A stretch of 64,000 nt of DNA from Veleropilina oligotropha (GCA_048128005.1 JBEUKZ010000071.1:1-64000); one strand, 5' to 3'. Numbered from the stretch's first letter, positions 13,221 through 27,295 are shown. Notes: generated by a model not told the origin, from the letters alone. Program-made: numbers and translations.

Positions 13221-13285
13221 TTAATATTTAATAAAATGTTATTTAATATATTTGTCACAGTGTGTTAATTGCCAAGTAAGAAATG

Positions 13286-13453
13286 CATGCGCACTGACAC
13301 TGCACTCGAGGTCAATACACCAACTAACATGCGCACTGACACTGCACTCTAGGTCAATACACCAACTAACATGCCACTGACACTGCACTCGCAGTCAATA
13401 CACCAACTAACATGCGCACTGACATGGCACTCGAGGTCAATACACCAACTAAC
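13286..13453. repeat. 42-bp tandem repeat x4
   Basis: catgcgcactgacactgcactcgaggtcaatacaccaactaa. Confidence 0.92.
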
Positions 13454-13754
13454 AAACATGCTAGCACAATGGCTGTCAGCCGTATGCTACTCACTTGCTG
13501 ACATTACAGACATATACCTAGCATCGAGTATGACAATCACATTGACAAGGCGCTTTCTCATATCGTGTTTGAATCGATCATAATACTTCCTAACCAAACT
13601 TAACGAGATTCATCCTTCTGTGGAATTTAATGGACCATGCTTATTAAATTAGCGTTGTGGGGATGACGCTTCAGTTTTTCGGATTTGATGACTGTTTGTC
13701 GTCGGTGCTACCTGATAACATTCACGGTGTGCAAGTCGTCTGTTCCTAAAGACG

Positions 13755-14405
13755 GAGTTCATGACCATCATGATATATTTTGTACATGATATATTAGAGT
13801 TCATGACCATCATGATATATTAGAGTTCATGACCATCATGATATGTTAGAGTTCATGACCATCATGATATATTAGAGTTCATGACCATCATGATATGTTA
13901 GAGTTCATGACCATCATGATATATTAGAGCTCATGACCATCATGATATATTAGAGTTCATGACCATCATGATATATTAGAGTTCATGACCATCATGATAT
14001 ATTAGAGTTCATGACCATCATGATATATTATATACATGATATATTAAAGTTCATGACCATCATGATATATTAGAGTTCATGACCATCATGATATAATAGA
14101 GTTCATGACCATCATGATATATTAGAGTTCATGACCATCATGATATAATAGAGTTCATGACCATCATGATATAATAGAGTTCATGACCATCATGATATAT
14201 TATATACATGATATAATAGAGTTCATGACCATCATGATATATTATATACATGATATATTAAAGTTCATGACCATCATGATATATTAGAGTTCATGACCAT
14301 CATGATATATTATATACATGATATATTAAAGTTCATGACCATCATGATATATTAGAGTTCATGACCATCATGATATATTATATACATGATATAATAAGAG
14401 TTCAT
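13755..14405. repeat. 26-bp minisatellite with variant units
   Basis: gagttcatgaccatcatgatatatta. Confidence 0.95.
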
Positions 14406-15090
14406 TACCACTGAACATTTAAAAGCGTTTATATTAAATGTTCTTGGACTGATATGCGTTGATGCCTTTGAACTGGCTTCTTATCTAAATGGTTTAAGCC
14501 CACACAATGGACATCGATATCTTAGTTGCGGTTGTATGTAACAGTATGTATTTACATGTAACAGTACATGTGTCCAATGCCATGCATCGATGTATACACA
14601 ATTACAGTCTCGTCTTTCTGACATTTTATCTAAACTTAAAAGTATGCCGTCTTGCACTCCTTAAATGGTTTCATTGTGTTGGTATTGTCAATTCCATCTC
14701 AAGTCTTTTAAGAATTTTATATCATATTGGTACATGTCTTCTTTAATAACTGTGATTGGATGATACAGAAAGATTGCGTCCTAATCTTGTGTGATATTAC
14801 CCGAGCAATGAGGCATGACAACTTGATAGGATCGCAACTTCAAAATGGTGACGAAAATCATTTTGGAAACCCTTTGATTTCTTTTGACTGCATTACACAT
14901 CTATCATGATTGAATTGTTTATTGCACCACAAAATATTCTGAACAATGTCACAATTCTATGCCTGTTGTGCTCGAATGGTTAATAATTAATATTTAATAT
15001 CCTGCAAATAGGTAGTGATGTGATACACACAAGCTTCTAATTTTTTGTTTGTTCTGGAGTGGTTATGCAGAGTACTAGGTATATGCATAG

Positions 15091-15219
<129 letters not shown>

Positions 15220-15638
15220 TAAGTATTTATTATTTAATTATACAATATATAATTCTCGTATGCCTGTGGATGAATTACATGTGGCTTGGTGTATTGGATT
15301 ATTTATATTGGATCGATCCTGTATATTTACATTTTTCAGGTTCAAACTAGAACATGTTCAGATTATCGCAGAAGACCTACTACACTATCTGTGGTGACGT
15401 CTGCATGAATTCCCACCTTAGTGACCTATAATTGATACCGTTCGAGGGTTCACTGACTTCTGATTGGTTGAAAATATAAAATTTATGGGGTAAACAATGA
15501 GAAGAAGCCTGTTCATTTTGACTAAGATCAATCAAGATATCGCTAACTTTAAATTTTGACCTTTGTTTGAATACGTTTTGTAGCATTTGCATGCAGTAAT
15601 TATATATGGTTAACTCGTGGCTTTTCTGTGCTTTCCAG

Positions 15639-15818
15639 TATGTTCGATGTGGGCGGGCAGAGAGACGAGCGGAGAAAGTGGATCCAGTGTTTTAATGACG
15701 TCACGGCGATCATATTCGTGACGGCGTGCAGTAGCTACAACCTAGTACTACGAGAAGACCCGAACCAAAACCGCCTCAAAGAATCCCTGGAACTTTTCAA
15801 AAGCATCTGGAACAACAG
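15639..15818 (+). CDS. GNAS: G-alpha-s coding exon (switch II/III; equivalent to vertebrate exons 9+10 fused)
   Basis: ttccag| acceptor; [59 protein letters not shown](R); ends at a GC donor (AG|gctagt). Confidence 0.95.
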
Positions 15819-16138
15819 GCTAGTGTTTAAGACCTCTTCCCTTCATCTGTATCTTTGGGTGTTGAATTGATGTTTAACGACCACGGCAACAATTATTTTT
15901 ATTCAAATCTGTTCAATTCACTTTCAATGATTAAATGAATTGACGCTGCTTATATTTGAGAACTCCCGGGAATTGAACCCAGTATACTTGTATTCTTTTG
16001 GTACATTATTACATTAGATCAGATATTTGTAGCAGAATACCAAAAGCAGTAAATTTAGCTTGTATATGTGTACTTCAAACCAAGATATCCATGAATTCTC
16101 CTACATTATTCATGAATGTCTGCCTTGCCCTGTTGTAG

Positions 16139-16269
16139 GTGGTTGCGAACAATCTCTGTAATTTTGTTTTTAAATAAGCAAGATTTACTAGCAGAGAAAG
16201 TTAAAGCAGACAAATCAAAAATCGAAGATTACTTCAGTGATTTCGCCCGATATACCACACCCCCAGATG
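16139..16269 (+). CDS. GNAS: G-alpha-s coding exon (NKQD box; equivalent to exon 11)
   Basis: ttgtag|G TGG...GAT G|gtgagt; 131 nt, (R)[43 protein letters not shown]. Confidence 0.96.
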
Positions 16270-16393
16270 GTGAGTATAATCTCTGTAGATATACCACACC
16301 CCCAGATGGTGAGTATAATCCCTGTAGATATACCACACCCCCAGATGGGGAGTATAATCTCTGTAGATATACCACACCCCCAGATGGTGAGTA
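16249..16393 (+). repeat. 39-bp splice-donor repeat, proximal block (~4 units)
   Basis: gatataccacacccccagatg|gtgagtataatcyctgta; starts inside the Gas exon. Confidence 0.97.
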
Positions 16394-17883
16394 CAGGGTT
16401 TGCACAGATTTGAAAAGTACTTGAATTCTGAAGAAAAAATGAAAAGTACTTAATTCTTGCAAATACGCATGAGAAGTGCTGGAATTTCATTTTGGTACTT
16501 AAAAAGTACGTAAAAATCCAGAGTCGTGCTGTAAAAGTACTTTAATTTAAAGTGGGAAAAAATTAAAACTAAAACTAAAACTACGCTCAAAGTTCAGAAT
16601 ATTTACGGTAAATGTGCGAAGGGAAGTAACTCCGTAGTGATTGAACAAATGGCTATCTGATGGACAGGAGTAATTGCGGAGTGTTGTCCGGCCCCGGTGC
16701 CTGAATATACTACGTTAAACTATATAGTGCGAATGGCACCGGCGATCTGTGATCGCCGGTACCATTCGCACTACAGTGGATTCCACTTAATTGCATAACG
16801 CTTAATTGCTGCGCATATTTCGGATATTTGCATAAAATCTGCAGGAACAGAATAGTTTACTATTATTATCATATGCAAAAAATCGCTTAATTGCATGCAT
16901 AATTACCGGATTTTCGCTTATTTGCATAAGAAATTTTCGACTGCACAATACACAATTGATATTAACATCGTTAAATTGATCAAAATACTTGCGTATTTGC
17001 CGGTATTTCTTGCTACGCCATCGTAAAGATGTTTATTCAACAGTAACATTCGAAGTTTAACCATTTTTTCAACCTCGTGGGTTTCAAAATAATTTTTGCT
17101 TCCGGAAAAAGTCGGAACTGAAAGTTCGATAAACATCGTTTCAGTGTAGAAATGATACGGAAATGAACGATGTCAATCAAGGATATTATGGGATGGCAGA
17201 CATCGATCGATAATCGGATTAAAATATATTGTCAAAGTCCTAATGACAGACTTTTTGGTTTATCTGAACGCAAACTCAAAGATTAGGCTTGCGAATCAAT
17301 GTAAAAGGTGCCATTACATGTATTCATGTGAACATCACTTAGTTCGCCGATAAATAACATAATTATAAGACAACAACAACACAACGTTTCTTTTGTAACA
17401 AAATTAAAAATTAACATCGTTAAATTGATCAAAATACTTGCGTAGCATCGCCGTTGAGAACTACGGTGATTAAATTATTATTTTAATTTATATATGAAGA
17501 CAACGTCTTATAAGGTTTTTTATATCATATCATAATATACTGGACTAATTAAATATCGCTAGAAATAATTATTCAATAATTGTAAAAACATCGATTCGAG
17601 ATTAAAACATAGGGCTAAATTTTCAACATGGCGGCCAATAACGCAACACTTGTTCAGCAGAAGAGAAACATTCAGAATATGAATTTCCACACCCTAGTAA
17701 ACTATATATCAATTCTAGAGAATGCCAAAACTCTTCCCGACATTGTCTCCTCTATATGGTATGTATCGTCGCTGTATGCTTGTTAAATTTTATTTTTCTG
17801 TGTACTTGAAAATTCAAATTTTGTACTTGAAAAGTACTGGAAAAGTGCTTGAATTTCATCAAGTCTTGTCTGTACGAACCCTG
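16394..17883. mobile_element. Non-autonomous TIR DNA element with 5-bp TSD, containing a partial pogo-like MITE (16774 to ~17700)
   Basis: Termini CAGGGTTTGCACAGA / TCTGTACGAACCCTG; subterminal aaaagtacttgaa repeats; GAGTA duplicated on both sides; interrupts the 39-bp array. Confidence 0.75.
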
Positions 17884-20800
17884 GAGTATAGTCTCTGTAG
17901 ATACACAACACCCCCAGATGGTGAGTATAATCTCTGTAGATATACCCCCCCCCCAGATGAAGAGTATAATCCTTGTAGATATACCCCCCCCCCAGATGGG
18001 GAGTATAATCTCTGTAGATATACCCCCCCCCAGATGGGGAGTATAATCTCTGTAGATATACCACACCCCCAGATGGTGAGTATAACCCTTGTAGATATAA
18101 CCCCCCCCCAAGATGGGGAGTATAATCTCTGTAGATATACCCCCCCCCAGATGATGAGTATAATCTCTGTAGATATACCACACCCCCAGATGGTGAGTAT
18201 CATCTCTGTAGATATACCCCCCCCCCCAGATGGTGAGTATAATCCCTGTAGATATACCACACCCCCAGATGGGGAGTATAATCTCTGTAGATATACCACA
18301 CCCCCAGATGGTGAATATCATCTCTGTAGATATACCCCCCCCCCAGATGGTGAGTATAATCCTTGTAGATATACCACACCCCCAGATGGTGAGTATAATC
18401 CCTGTAGATATACCACACCCCCAGATGGGGAGTATAATCTCTGTAGATATACCACACCCCCAGATGGTGAGTATAATCCCTGTAGATATACCACACCCCC
18501 GATGGTGAGTATAATCCCTGTAGATATACCACACCCCCGATGGTGAGTATAATCCCTGTAGATATACAACACCCCCTGATGGTGAGTATAATCCCTGTAG
18601 ATATACCCCCCCAGATGGTGAGTATAATCCCTGTAGATATACCCCCCCCAGATGGTGAGTATAATCCCTGTAGATATACAACACCCCCCGATGGTGAGTA
18701 TAATCCCTGTAGATATACAACACCCCCCGATGGTGAGTATAACCCTTGTAGATATAACCCCCCCCAGATGGGGAGTATAATCTCTGTAGATATACCCCCC
18801 CCCCAGATGGGGAGTATAATCTCTGTAGATATACAACACCACCCGATGGTGAGTATAATCCCTGTAGATATACCACACCCCCGATGGTGAGTATAATCCC
18901 TGTAGATATACAACACACCCCGATGGTGAGTATAATCCCTGTAGATATACCCCCCTCAGATGGTGAGTATAATCCCTGTAGATATACCCCCCCCAGATGG
19001 GGAGTATAATCTCTATAGATATACCCCGCCCAGATGGTGAGTATAATTCCTGTAGATATACCACCCCCTCAGATGGTGAGTATAATCCCTGTAGATATAC
19101 CCCCCCCAGATGGTGAGTATAATCCCTGTAGACATACCACACCCCAGATGGTGAGTATAATCCCTGTAGATATACCCCCCCCCCAGATGGTGAGTATAAT
19201 CCCTGTAGATATACCACACCCCCAGATGGTGAGTATAACCCTGTAGATATACCACACCCCAAGATGGGGAGTATAATCCCTGTAGATATACCCCCCCCCC
19301 CCCCAGATGGTGAGTATAATCCCTGTAGATATACCACCCCCCCCCGATGGTGAGTATAATCTCTGTAGATATACCACCCCCCCAGATGGGGAGTATAATC
19401 CCTGTAGATATACCATACCCCCCGATGGTGAGTATAATCTCTGTAGATATACCAACCCCCCAGATGGTGAGTATAATCCCTGTAGATTACCCCCCCCCCC
19501 CCCGATGGTGAGTATAATCCCTGTAGATACACCACACCCTCAGATGGTGAGTATAATCACTATATATATTCCACACACCCCGATGGTGAGTATAATCCCT
19601 GTAGATATACCACACCCTCAGATGGGGAGTATAATCTCTGTAGATATACCACCCCCCCAGATGGGGACTATAATCTCTGTAGATATACCCCCCCCCAGAT
19701 GGTGAGTATAATCTCTGTAGATATACCACCCCCCAGATGGGGAGTATAATCCCTTTAGATATACCACACCCTCAGATGGTGAGTATAATCCCTGTAGATA
19801 TACCCCCCCCCCTGATGGTGAGTATAATCCCTGTAGATATACCCCCCCCCCTGATGGTGAGTATAATCCCTGTAGATATACCACACCCTCAGATGGTGAG
19901 TAGAATCCCTGTAGATATACCACACCCCCAGATGGTGAGTATAATCCCTGTAGATATACCCCCCCCCCCCCCGATGGTGAGTATAATCCCTGTAGATATA
20001 CCACACCCCCAGATGGGGAGTATAATCCCTGTAGATATACCACCCCTCCCGATGGTGAGTATAATCCCTGTAGATATACCACACCCCCAGATGGTGAGTA
20101 TAATCCCTGTAGATATACCCCCCCAGATGGGGAGTATAATCCCTGTAGATATACCCCCCAGATGGGAGTATAATCTCTGTATATATACCCCCCCCCCGAT
20201 GGTGAGTATAATCCCTGTAGATATACCCCCCCCCAGATGGGGAGTATAATCCCTGTAGATATACCCCCCCCCAGATGGGGAGTATAATCTCTGTATATAT
20301 ACCACACCCCCCGATGGTGAGTATAATCCCTGTAGATATACCACACCCCCAGATGGTGAGTATAATCCCTGTAGATATACCACACCCCCCGATGGTGAGT
20401 ATAATCCCTGTAGATATACCCCCCCCCCCAGATGGTGAGTATAATCCCTGTAGATATACCACACCCCCAGATGGGGAGTATACTCTCTGTAGATATACCA
20501 CACCCTCAGATGGTGAGTATAATCTCTGTAGATATACCCCCCCCCCCCCCCCCGATGGTGAGTATAATCCCTGTAGATATACCACACCCCCAGATGGTGA
20601 GTATAATCCCTGTAGATATACCCCCCCCCCCCGATGGTGAGTATAATCCCTGTAGATATACCACACACCCAGATGGTGAGTATAACCCTGTAGATATACC
20701 ACACCCCAAGATGGGGAGTATAATCCCTGTAGATATACCACACCCCCAGATGGTGAGTATAATCCCTGTAGATATACCCCCCCCCAGATGGGGAGTATAA

Positions 20801-23533
20801 TCTCTGTATATATACCACACACCCCGATGGTGAGTATAATCCCTGTAGATATACCACACCCCCAGATGGTGAGTATAATCCCTGTAGATATACCACACCC
20901 CCCGATGGTGAGTATAATCCCTGTAGATATACCCCCCCCCCCAGATGGTGAGTATAATCCCTGTAGATATACCACACCCCCAGATGGGGAGTATACTCTC
21001 TGTAGATATACCACACCCTCAGATGGTGAGTATAATCTCTGTAGATATACCCCCCCCCCCCCCGATGGTGAGTATAATCCCTGTAGATATACCACACCCC
21101 CAGATGGTGAGTATAATCCCTGTAGATATACCCCCCCCCCCCGATGGTGAGTATAATCCCTGTAGATATACCACACACCCAGATGGTGAGTATAACCCTG
21201 TAGATATACCACACCCCAAGATGGGGAGTATAATCCCTGTAGATATACCACACCCCCAGATGGTGAGTATAATCCCTGTAGATATACCACCCCCCCAGAT
21301 GGTGAGTATAATCCCTTTAGATATACCACACCCCCAGATGGTGAGTATAATCCCTGTAGATATACCCCCCCCCCGATGGTGAGTATAATCCCTGTAGATA
21401 TACCCCCCCCCCCCAGATGGTGAGTATAATCCCTGTAGATATACCACACCCCAAGATGGGAGTATAATCTCTGTATATATACCACACCCCCCAATGGTGA
21501 GTATAATCCCTGTAGATATACCACACCCCCAGATGGTGAGTATAATCTCTGTATATATACCCCCCCCCCCGATGGTGAGTATAATCCCTGTAGATATACC
21601 ACACCCCAAGATGGGGAGTATAATCTCTGTATATATACCACACCCCCCGATGGTGAGTCTAATCCCTGTAGATATACCACCCCTCCAGATGGTGAGTATA
21701 ATCCCTGTACATATACCCCCCCCCCCCCCCGATGGTGAGTATAATCCCTGTAGATTTACCACACCCCCAGATGGGAGTATAATCCCTGTAGATATACAAC
21801 ACCCTCAGATGGTGAGTATAATCCCTGTAGATATACCACACCCCCAGATGGTGAGTATAATCCCTGTAGATATACCCCCCCAGATGGGGAGTATAATCCC
21901 TGTAGATATACCCCCCCAGATGGGAGTATAATCTCTGTATATATACCCCCCCCCCGATGGTGAGTATAATCCCTGTAGATATACCCCCCCCAGATGGGGA
22001 GTATAATCCCTGTAGATATACCCCCCCCCAGATGGGGAGTATAATCTCTGTATATATACCACCCCCCCCGATGGTGAGTATAATCCCTGTAGATATACCA
22101 CACACCCCGATGGTGAGTATAATCCCTGTAGATATACCACACCCCCAGATGGTGAGTATAATCCCTGTAGATATACCACCCCCCCCGATGGTGAGTATAA
22201 TCCCTGTAGATATACCCCCCCCCAGATGGTGAGTATAATCCCTGTAGATATACCACACCCCCAGATGGGGAGTATACTCTCTGTAGATATACCACACCCT
22301 CAGATGGTGAGTATAATCTCTGTAGATATACCCCCCCCCCCCCCGATGGTGAGTATAATCCCTGTAGATATACCACACCCCCAGATGGTGAGTATAATCC
22401 CTGTAGATATACCCCCCCCCCCCCCGATGGTGAGTATAATCCCTGTAGATATACCACACACCCAGATGGTGAGTATAACCCTGTAGATATACCACACCCC
22501 AAGATGGGGAGTATAATCCCTGTAGATATACCACACCCCCAGATGGTGAGTATAATCCCTGTAGATATACCACCCCCCCAGATGGTGAGTATAATCCCTT
22601 TAGATATACCACACCCCCAGATGGTGAGTATAATCCCTGTAGATATACCACACCCCAAGATGGGAGTATAATCTCTGTATATATACCACACCCCCCAATG
22701 GTGAGTATAATCCCTGTAGATATACCACACCCCCAGATGGTGAGTATAATCTCTGTATATATACCCCCCCCCCCCCGATGGTGAGTATAATCCCTGTAGA
22801 TATACCACACCCCAAGATGGGGAGTATAATCTCTGTATATATACCACACCCCCCGATGGTGAGTCTAATCCCTGTAGATATACCACCCCTCCAGATGGTG
22901 AGTATAATCCCTGTACATATACCCCCCCCCCCCCCGATGGTGAGTATAATCCCTGTAGATTTACCACACCCCCAGATGGGAGTATAATCCCTGTAGATAT
23001 ACAACACCCTCAGATGGTGAGTATAATCCCTGTAGATATACCCTCCCCCCCCGATGGTGAGTATAATCCCTGTAGATATACCCCGATGGTGAGTATAATC
23101 CCTGTAGATATACCACACCCCCAGATGGTGAGTATAATCCCTGTAGATATACCACACCCTCAGATGGTGAGTAGAATCTCTGTAGATACACCACACCCCC
23201 AGATGGTGAGTATAATCCCTGTAGATATACCCCCCCCCCAGATGGTGAGTATAATTCTTGTAGATATACCACACCCCCAGATGGTGAGTATAATCCCTGT
23301 AGATATACCACACCCCCAGATGGTGAGTATAATCCCTGTAGATATACCACACCCCCAGATGGTGAGTATAATCCCTGTAGATATACCACACCCTCAGATG
23401 GTGAGTAGAATATCTGTAGATATACCCCCCCCAGATGGTGAGTATAATCCCTGTAGATATACCCCCCCCCCCCAGATGAAAAGTATAATCCTTGTAGATT
23501 ACCACCCCCCAGATGGTGAGTATAATCCTGTAG
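17884..23533 (+). repeat. 39-bp splice-donor repeat, distal block (~145 units)
   Basis: Same unit, with variable C-tract length and GT/GG donor variants. Confidence 0.98.
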
Positions 23534-23577
23534 GTAATGAAGCGTCCCTTGTATTACACACTTGCATTAATGTTAAC

Positions 23578-25543
23578 TAGAGAAAATTTTCGTATCGCGA
23601 TATATTGCAATACAGTGGATTCCAATTAATTGCATAACGCTTAATTGCATATTTCGTATATTTGCATAAAATCTGCAGGAACAGAAGAGTTTACTATTAT
23701 TATCATATGCAAATAATCGCTTAATTGCATGCATAATTACCGGATTTTCGCTTATTTGCATAAGAAATATTCGACTGCATAATTGACAAAACAATAAAAT
23801 CGTTAAATTATTCAAACTACTTGCGTATTTGCCAGTATGTCTTGCTACGCCATTGTAAAGATGTTTATTCAACGGTAACATTCGAAGTCTAACCATTTCT
23901 GCAACCTCGTGGGTTTCAAAATAATTTTTACTTCCGGAAAAAGTCGAAACTGAAAGTTCGGTAAACATCGTTTCAGTGCAGAAATGTTACGGAAACGAGC
24001 GATGTCAATTGGGGATATTATGGGATGGCGGATATCTATCGATACAGTGGATAATCGGATTAAAAATCTTTTGTCCCGCGTCCAATTGACAGACTTTTGG
24101 GTTTATCTGAGCGCAAAATCAAAGATTAGGCTTACGAATCACTGTAAAAGATGTCGTTACATGTATTCATGTGAACAACATTTAGTTCGCCTGATAAATA
24201 ACATAAGACAACAATAACACAGCGTGTCTTTTCTTAAAGAAATTACAAAATAAAAAATATCTAACCTGATTTGTTTCATAGACGTAGCGTCGTCGTTGAG
24301 AACTAGGGGGATTTAATTATTATTTTAATTTATATATGAAGACAACGTCTTATAAGTTTTTTTATATCATATAATATACTGAAATAATTAAATATCGCAA
24401 GAAATAATTATTCAATAATTGTAAAGATAAATCGATTCGAGATTAAAACATAGGCTAAATTTTCAACATGACGGCCGATAACGCGACACGTGTTCAGCAG
24501 AAGAGAAACATTCAGAATATGAATTTCCACACCATAGTAATCTATGAAATACGACGATACGCTTTCGAAACATTTATCAATTCTACTGAAACAGGCTAGT
24601 CGCCTTCAGGTCAGAATAACCACAAAATATTGCGAAATCAATTTCCGAAATTTACCTAACGGTTAAACGCATAATCCGGTTAATTGCATAAATAATCGCG
24701 ACAATCTCGCTATGCAAATAAGCCGAATCCACTGTACAAACGATCATATTGCAATATATTGCCAACTGCTCAATATGAACGTAGTCCACATATCGTATGG
24801 CAATACACAGCCAAATGTATTTTATTATTAATAGTACTATATTGGCCCTACTACTGGCACATGTTAGCAGGGTTTGTAAGCAAAGGCAATAAAAAATTAT
24901 TTATAAATTGTGAAAATATAACGCAATTTGCAGTACAAAAACCCAGGCAACAGCGACAGCGAATTGAAGGTATCACGTGAGCGCATTCGAATGTTTACCG
25001 AATGAATAAGACATCCATCGATATTTTCCGGTGTCATTACTCGTCCAATACACGAGTTTTAACGAAGTGCAACAAAGGTATTCGGGTGATTTTCCAATAA
25101 AAAATAAACCATAATGGTCATCTTCAGAATGGAAACAAAGTAAAAATGGCGAAATGCATTAATTTTGGACCAAATAACTAATTTTATTCATATTGTAGAC
25201 AATTGCGTAACTTACTAAATATTGGAAATTGCAATTTTGACTTAAACTGTCAAGGCGAGCGCCATGCGATTTTAAATTTTTCGAACCACAAAATGAATTC
25301 GCAGACTCAACAAATCAAATTTGGTCGCACTGGTAGGGATATAAAATGAGATATTTGCCAAAGTTTGGTGTCCCGCATGTTATCGGATGCACCGACAATA
25401 TTTGTTTTATTTGAACGTTCTACACACGTAGTTGTGTCTGCCTAAAAAATATCACAAAAAAACAGGTATGCGTATCACGATACGCGTATTGCGGATAGCT
25501 ACATCGCGGTATACCGGTTAACCGGTTATATCACACACCCCTA
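23578..25543. mobile_element. hAT-like non-autonomous element
   Basis: TAG.../...CCCTA termini, CGATA-rich subterminal motifs, 8-bp TSD atgttaac (23570-23577 / 25544-25551). Confidence 0.75.
23613..24734. mobile_element. Tc1/pogo-like MITE nested in the hAT-like element
   Basis: TIRs CAGTGGATTC / GAATCCACTG flanked by TA; diverged second copy at 16774 to ~17700. Confidence 0.85.
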
Positions 25544-25672
25544 ATGTTAACTGATTATTTAATTGTCATAAAGAAACCACCATGTTCCATAATACACTCC
25601 ATTTGGCAAAATTATGAATAAATGTTTTCTGTCAATAAATCTACGGCTATCCGTGGTGATAATGTTGCTCTC

Positions 25673-26603
25673 TATTCAGACTGCACCGATGGATATTCAG
25701 ACTGCACCGACGGATATTCAGACTGCACCGACGGATATTCAGACTGCACTGATGGATATTCAGACAGCACTGATGGATATTCAGACTGCACTGATGGATA
25801 TTCAGACTGCACCGACGGATATTCAGACTGCACCGATGGATATATTCAGACTGCACTGACGGATATTCAGACTGCACCGACGGATATTCAGACTGCACTG
25901 ACAGATACTCGGACTGCACTGACAGATATTCAGACTGCACTGACGGATATTCAGACTGCACTGACGGATATTCAGACTGCACTGACAGATATTCAGACTG
26001 CACTGATAGATATTCAGACTGCACCGACGGATATTCAGACTGCACCGACGGATATTCAGACTGCACTGACAGATACTCGGACTGCACTGATGGATGTTCA
26101 GATTGCACTGACGGATATTCAGACTGCACTGATGGATATTCAGACTGCACTGACGGATATTCAGACTGCACCGACGGATATTCAGACTGCACCGACGGAT
26201 ATTCAGACTGCACCAACGGATATTCAGACTGCACCGACAGATATTCAGACTGCACAGACGGATATTCAGACTGCACCGACGGATATTCAGACTGCACCGA
26301 CGGATATTCAGACTGCACCGACGGATATTCAGACTGCACCGACGGATATTCAGACTGCACTGATGGATATTCAGACTGCACCGACGGATATTCAGACTGC
26401 ACTGATAGATACTCGGACTGCACTGACAGATATTCAGACTGCACTGACGGATATTCCGACTGCACTGACGGATATTCAGACTGCACTGACGGATATTCAG
26501 ACTGCACTGATGGATATTCAGACTGCACTGATGGATATTCGGACTGCACTGACGGATATTCAGACTGCACTGACGGATATTCAGACTGCACTGACGGATA
26601 TTC
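25673..26603. repeat. 21-bp minisatellite, ~44 copies
   Basis: gatattcagactgcacygacg. Confidence 0.97.
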
Positions 26604-27227
26604 CAGCCAACTCGTCTTGCAAGATAATATGGACATGCCCCAATATGACCAAATCAAAACATCCGCAAATTAAATATGCATATTTACACAAATATGATTC
26701 TTGAAGATGCTGATTCCGCTTCGTTACAATTGAAACAGAACAATAAATCTGGTATTGAACTAGTTTGTGGTATTTTGAAATGATGGAGTTTGGCAAATAC
26801 AACGTCGTCATTTATTTCATAACCGAGGGTGACAATTTAAAGAGAAAGGAGATAATTTTAGTCCCATGACTGATGACTGCTGCTGTATTCATATAAGCTT
26901 GTGAATAATACCCATATGTCAAGTATAGTTAAAGGGAGGTAACTGTTATAATACTTTCATGATTAATATGTACAATGCAAATTAATCCAAATACAAGAGC
27001 AAACTGTATGTGGCAATATTAATGCCTGATAACTATAAACTAATCAGTATAGCCCAAGTTATTATTCCAACAAGAGTCGATAACTGTTTATTTTATGATA
27101 ATTTACATTCAATTCCCAAATTGAAGATTACCTGGATTATTGCCATGAATAACTTGAATACATTGGCTATTGCATTGCATTAACTTGAATTGCGATTGGT
27201 TATTGCAAGAAGTTATCTCCCTTTCAG

Positions 27228-27295
27228 CTGTGAGTGAGCCTGGAGATGACGCTGAAGTTGTCCGGGCGAAGTATTTTATTCGTGATGAGTTTCTT
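27228..27295 (+). CDS. GNAS: G-alpha-s coding exon (equivalent to exon 12)
   Basis: tttcag|CT GTG...TTT CTT|gtaagt; 68 nt, (A)VSEPGDDAEVVRAKYFIRDEFL. Confidence 0.96.

Larger units (their letters stand above)
4029..13221 (+). mobile_element. Helentron/HINE-like non-autonomous element split by the DIRS insertion (4029-4474 and 12134-13221)
   Basis: 5' TTATCCCCTGC hairpin, (CCGT)n microsatellite and internal degenerate repeats; 3' GCGGGGGATA inverted copy followed by a ...CTTGTT end. Confidence 0.7.

Noticed and set aside
13286..13453. Cluster of metal-response elements (TGCRCNC)
   Set aside because: Short motif multiplied by tandem duplication deep in an intron; no supporting evidence.
17722..23580. 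Many long ORFs (up to 641 aa) on both strands
   Set aside because: Translations of the 39-bp array; open in several frames, with frames shifting at C-run length changes.
25614..26704. 336-360-aa repetitive ORFs (DIQTALT / SVQSEYP)
   Set aside because: Stop-free 21-bp minisatellite inside a Gas intron; no gene context.
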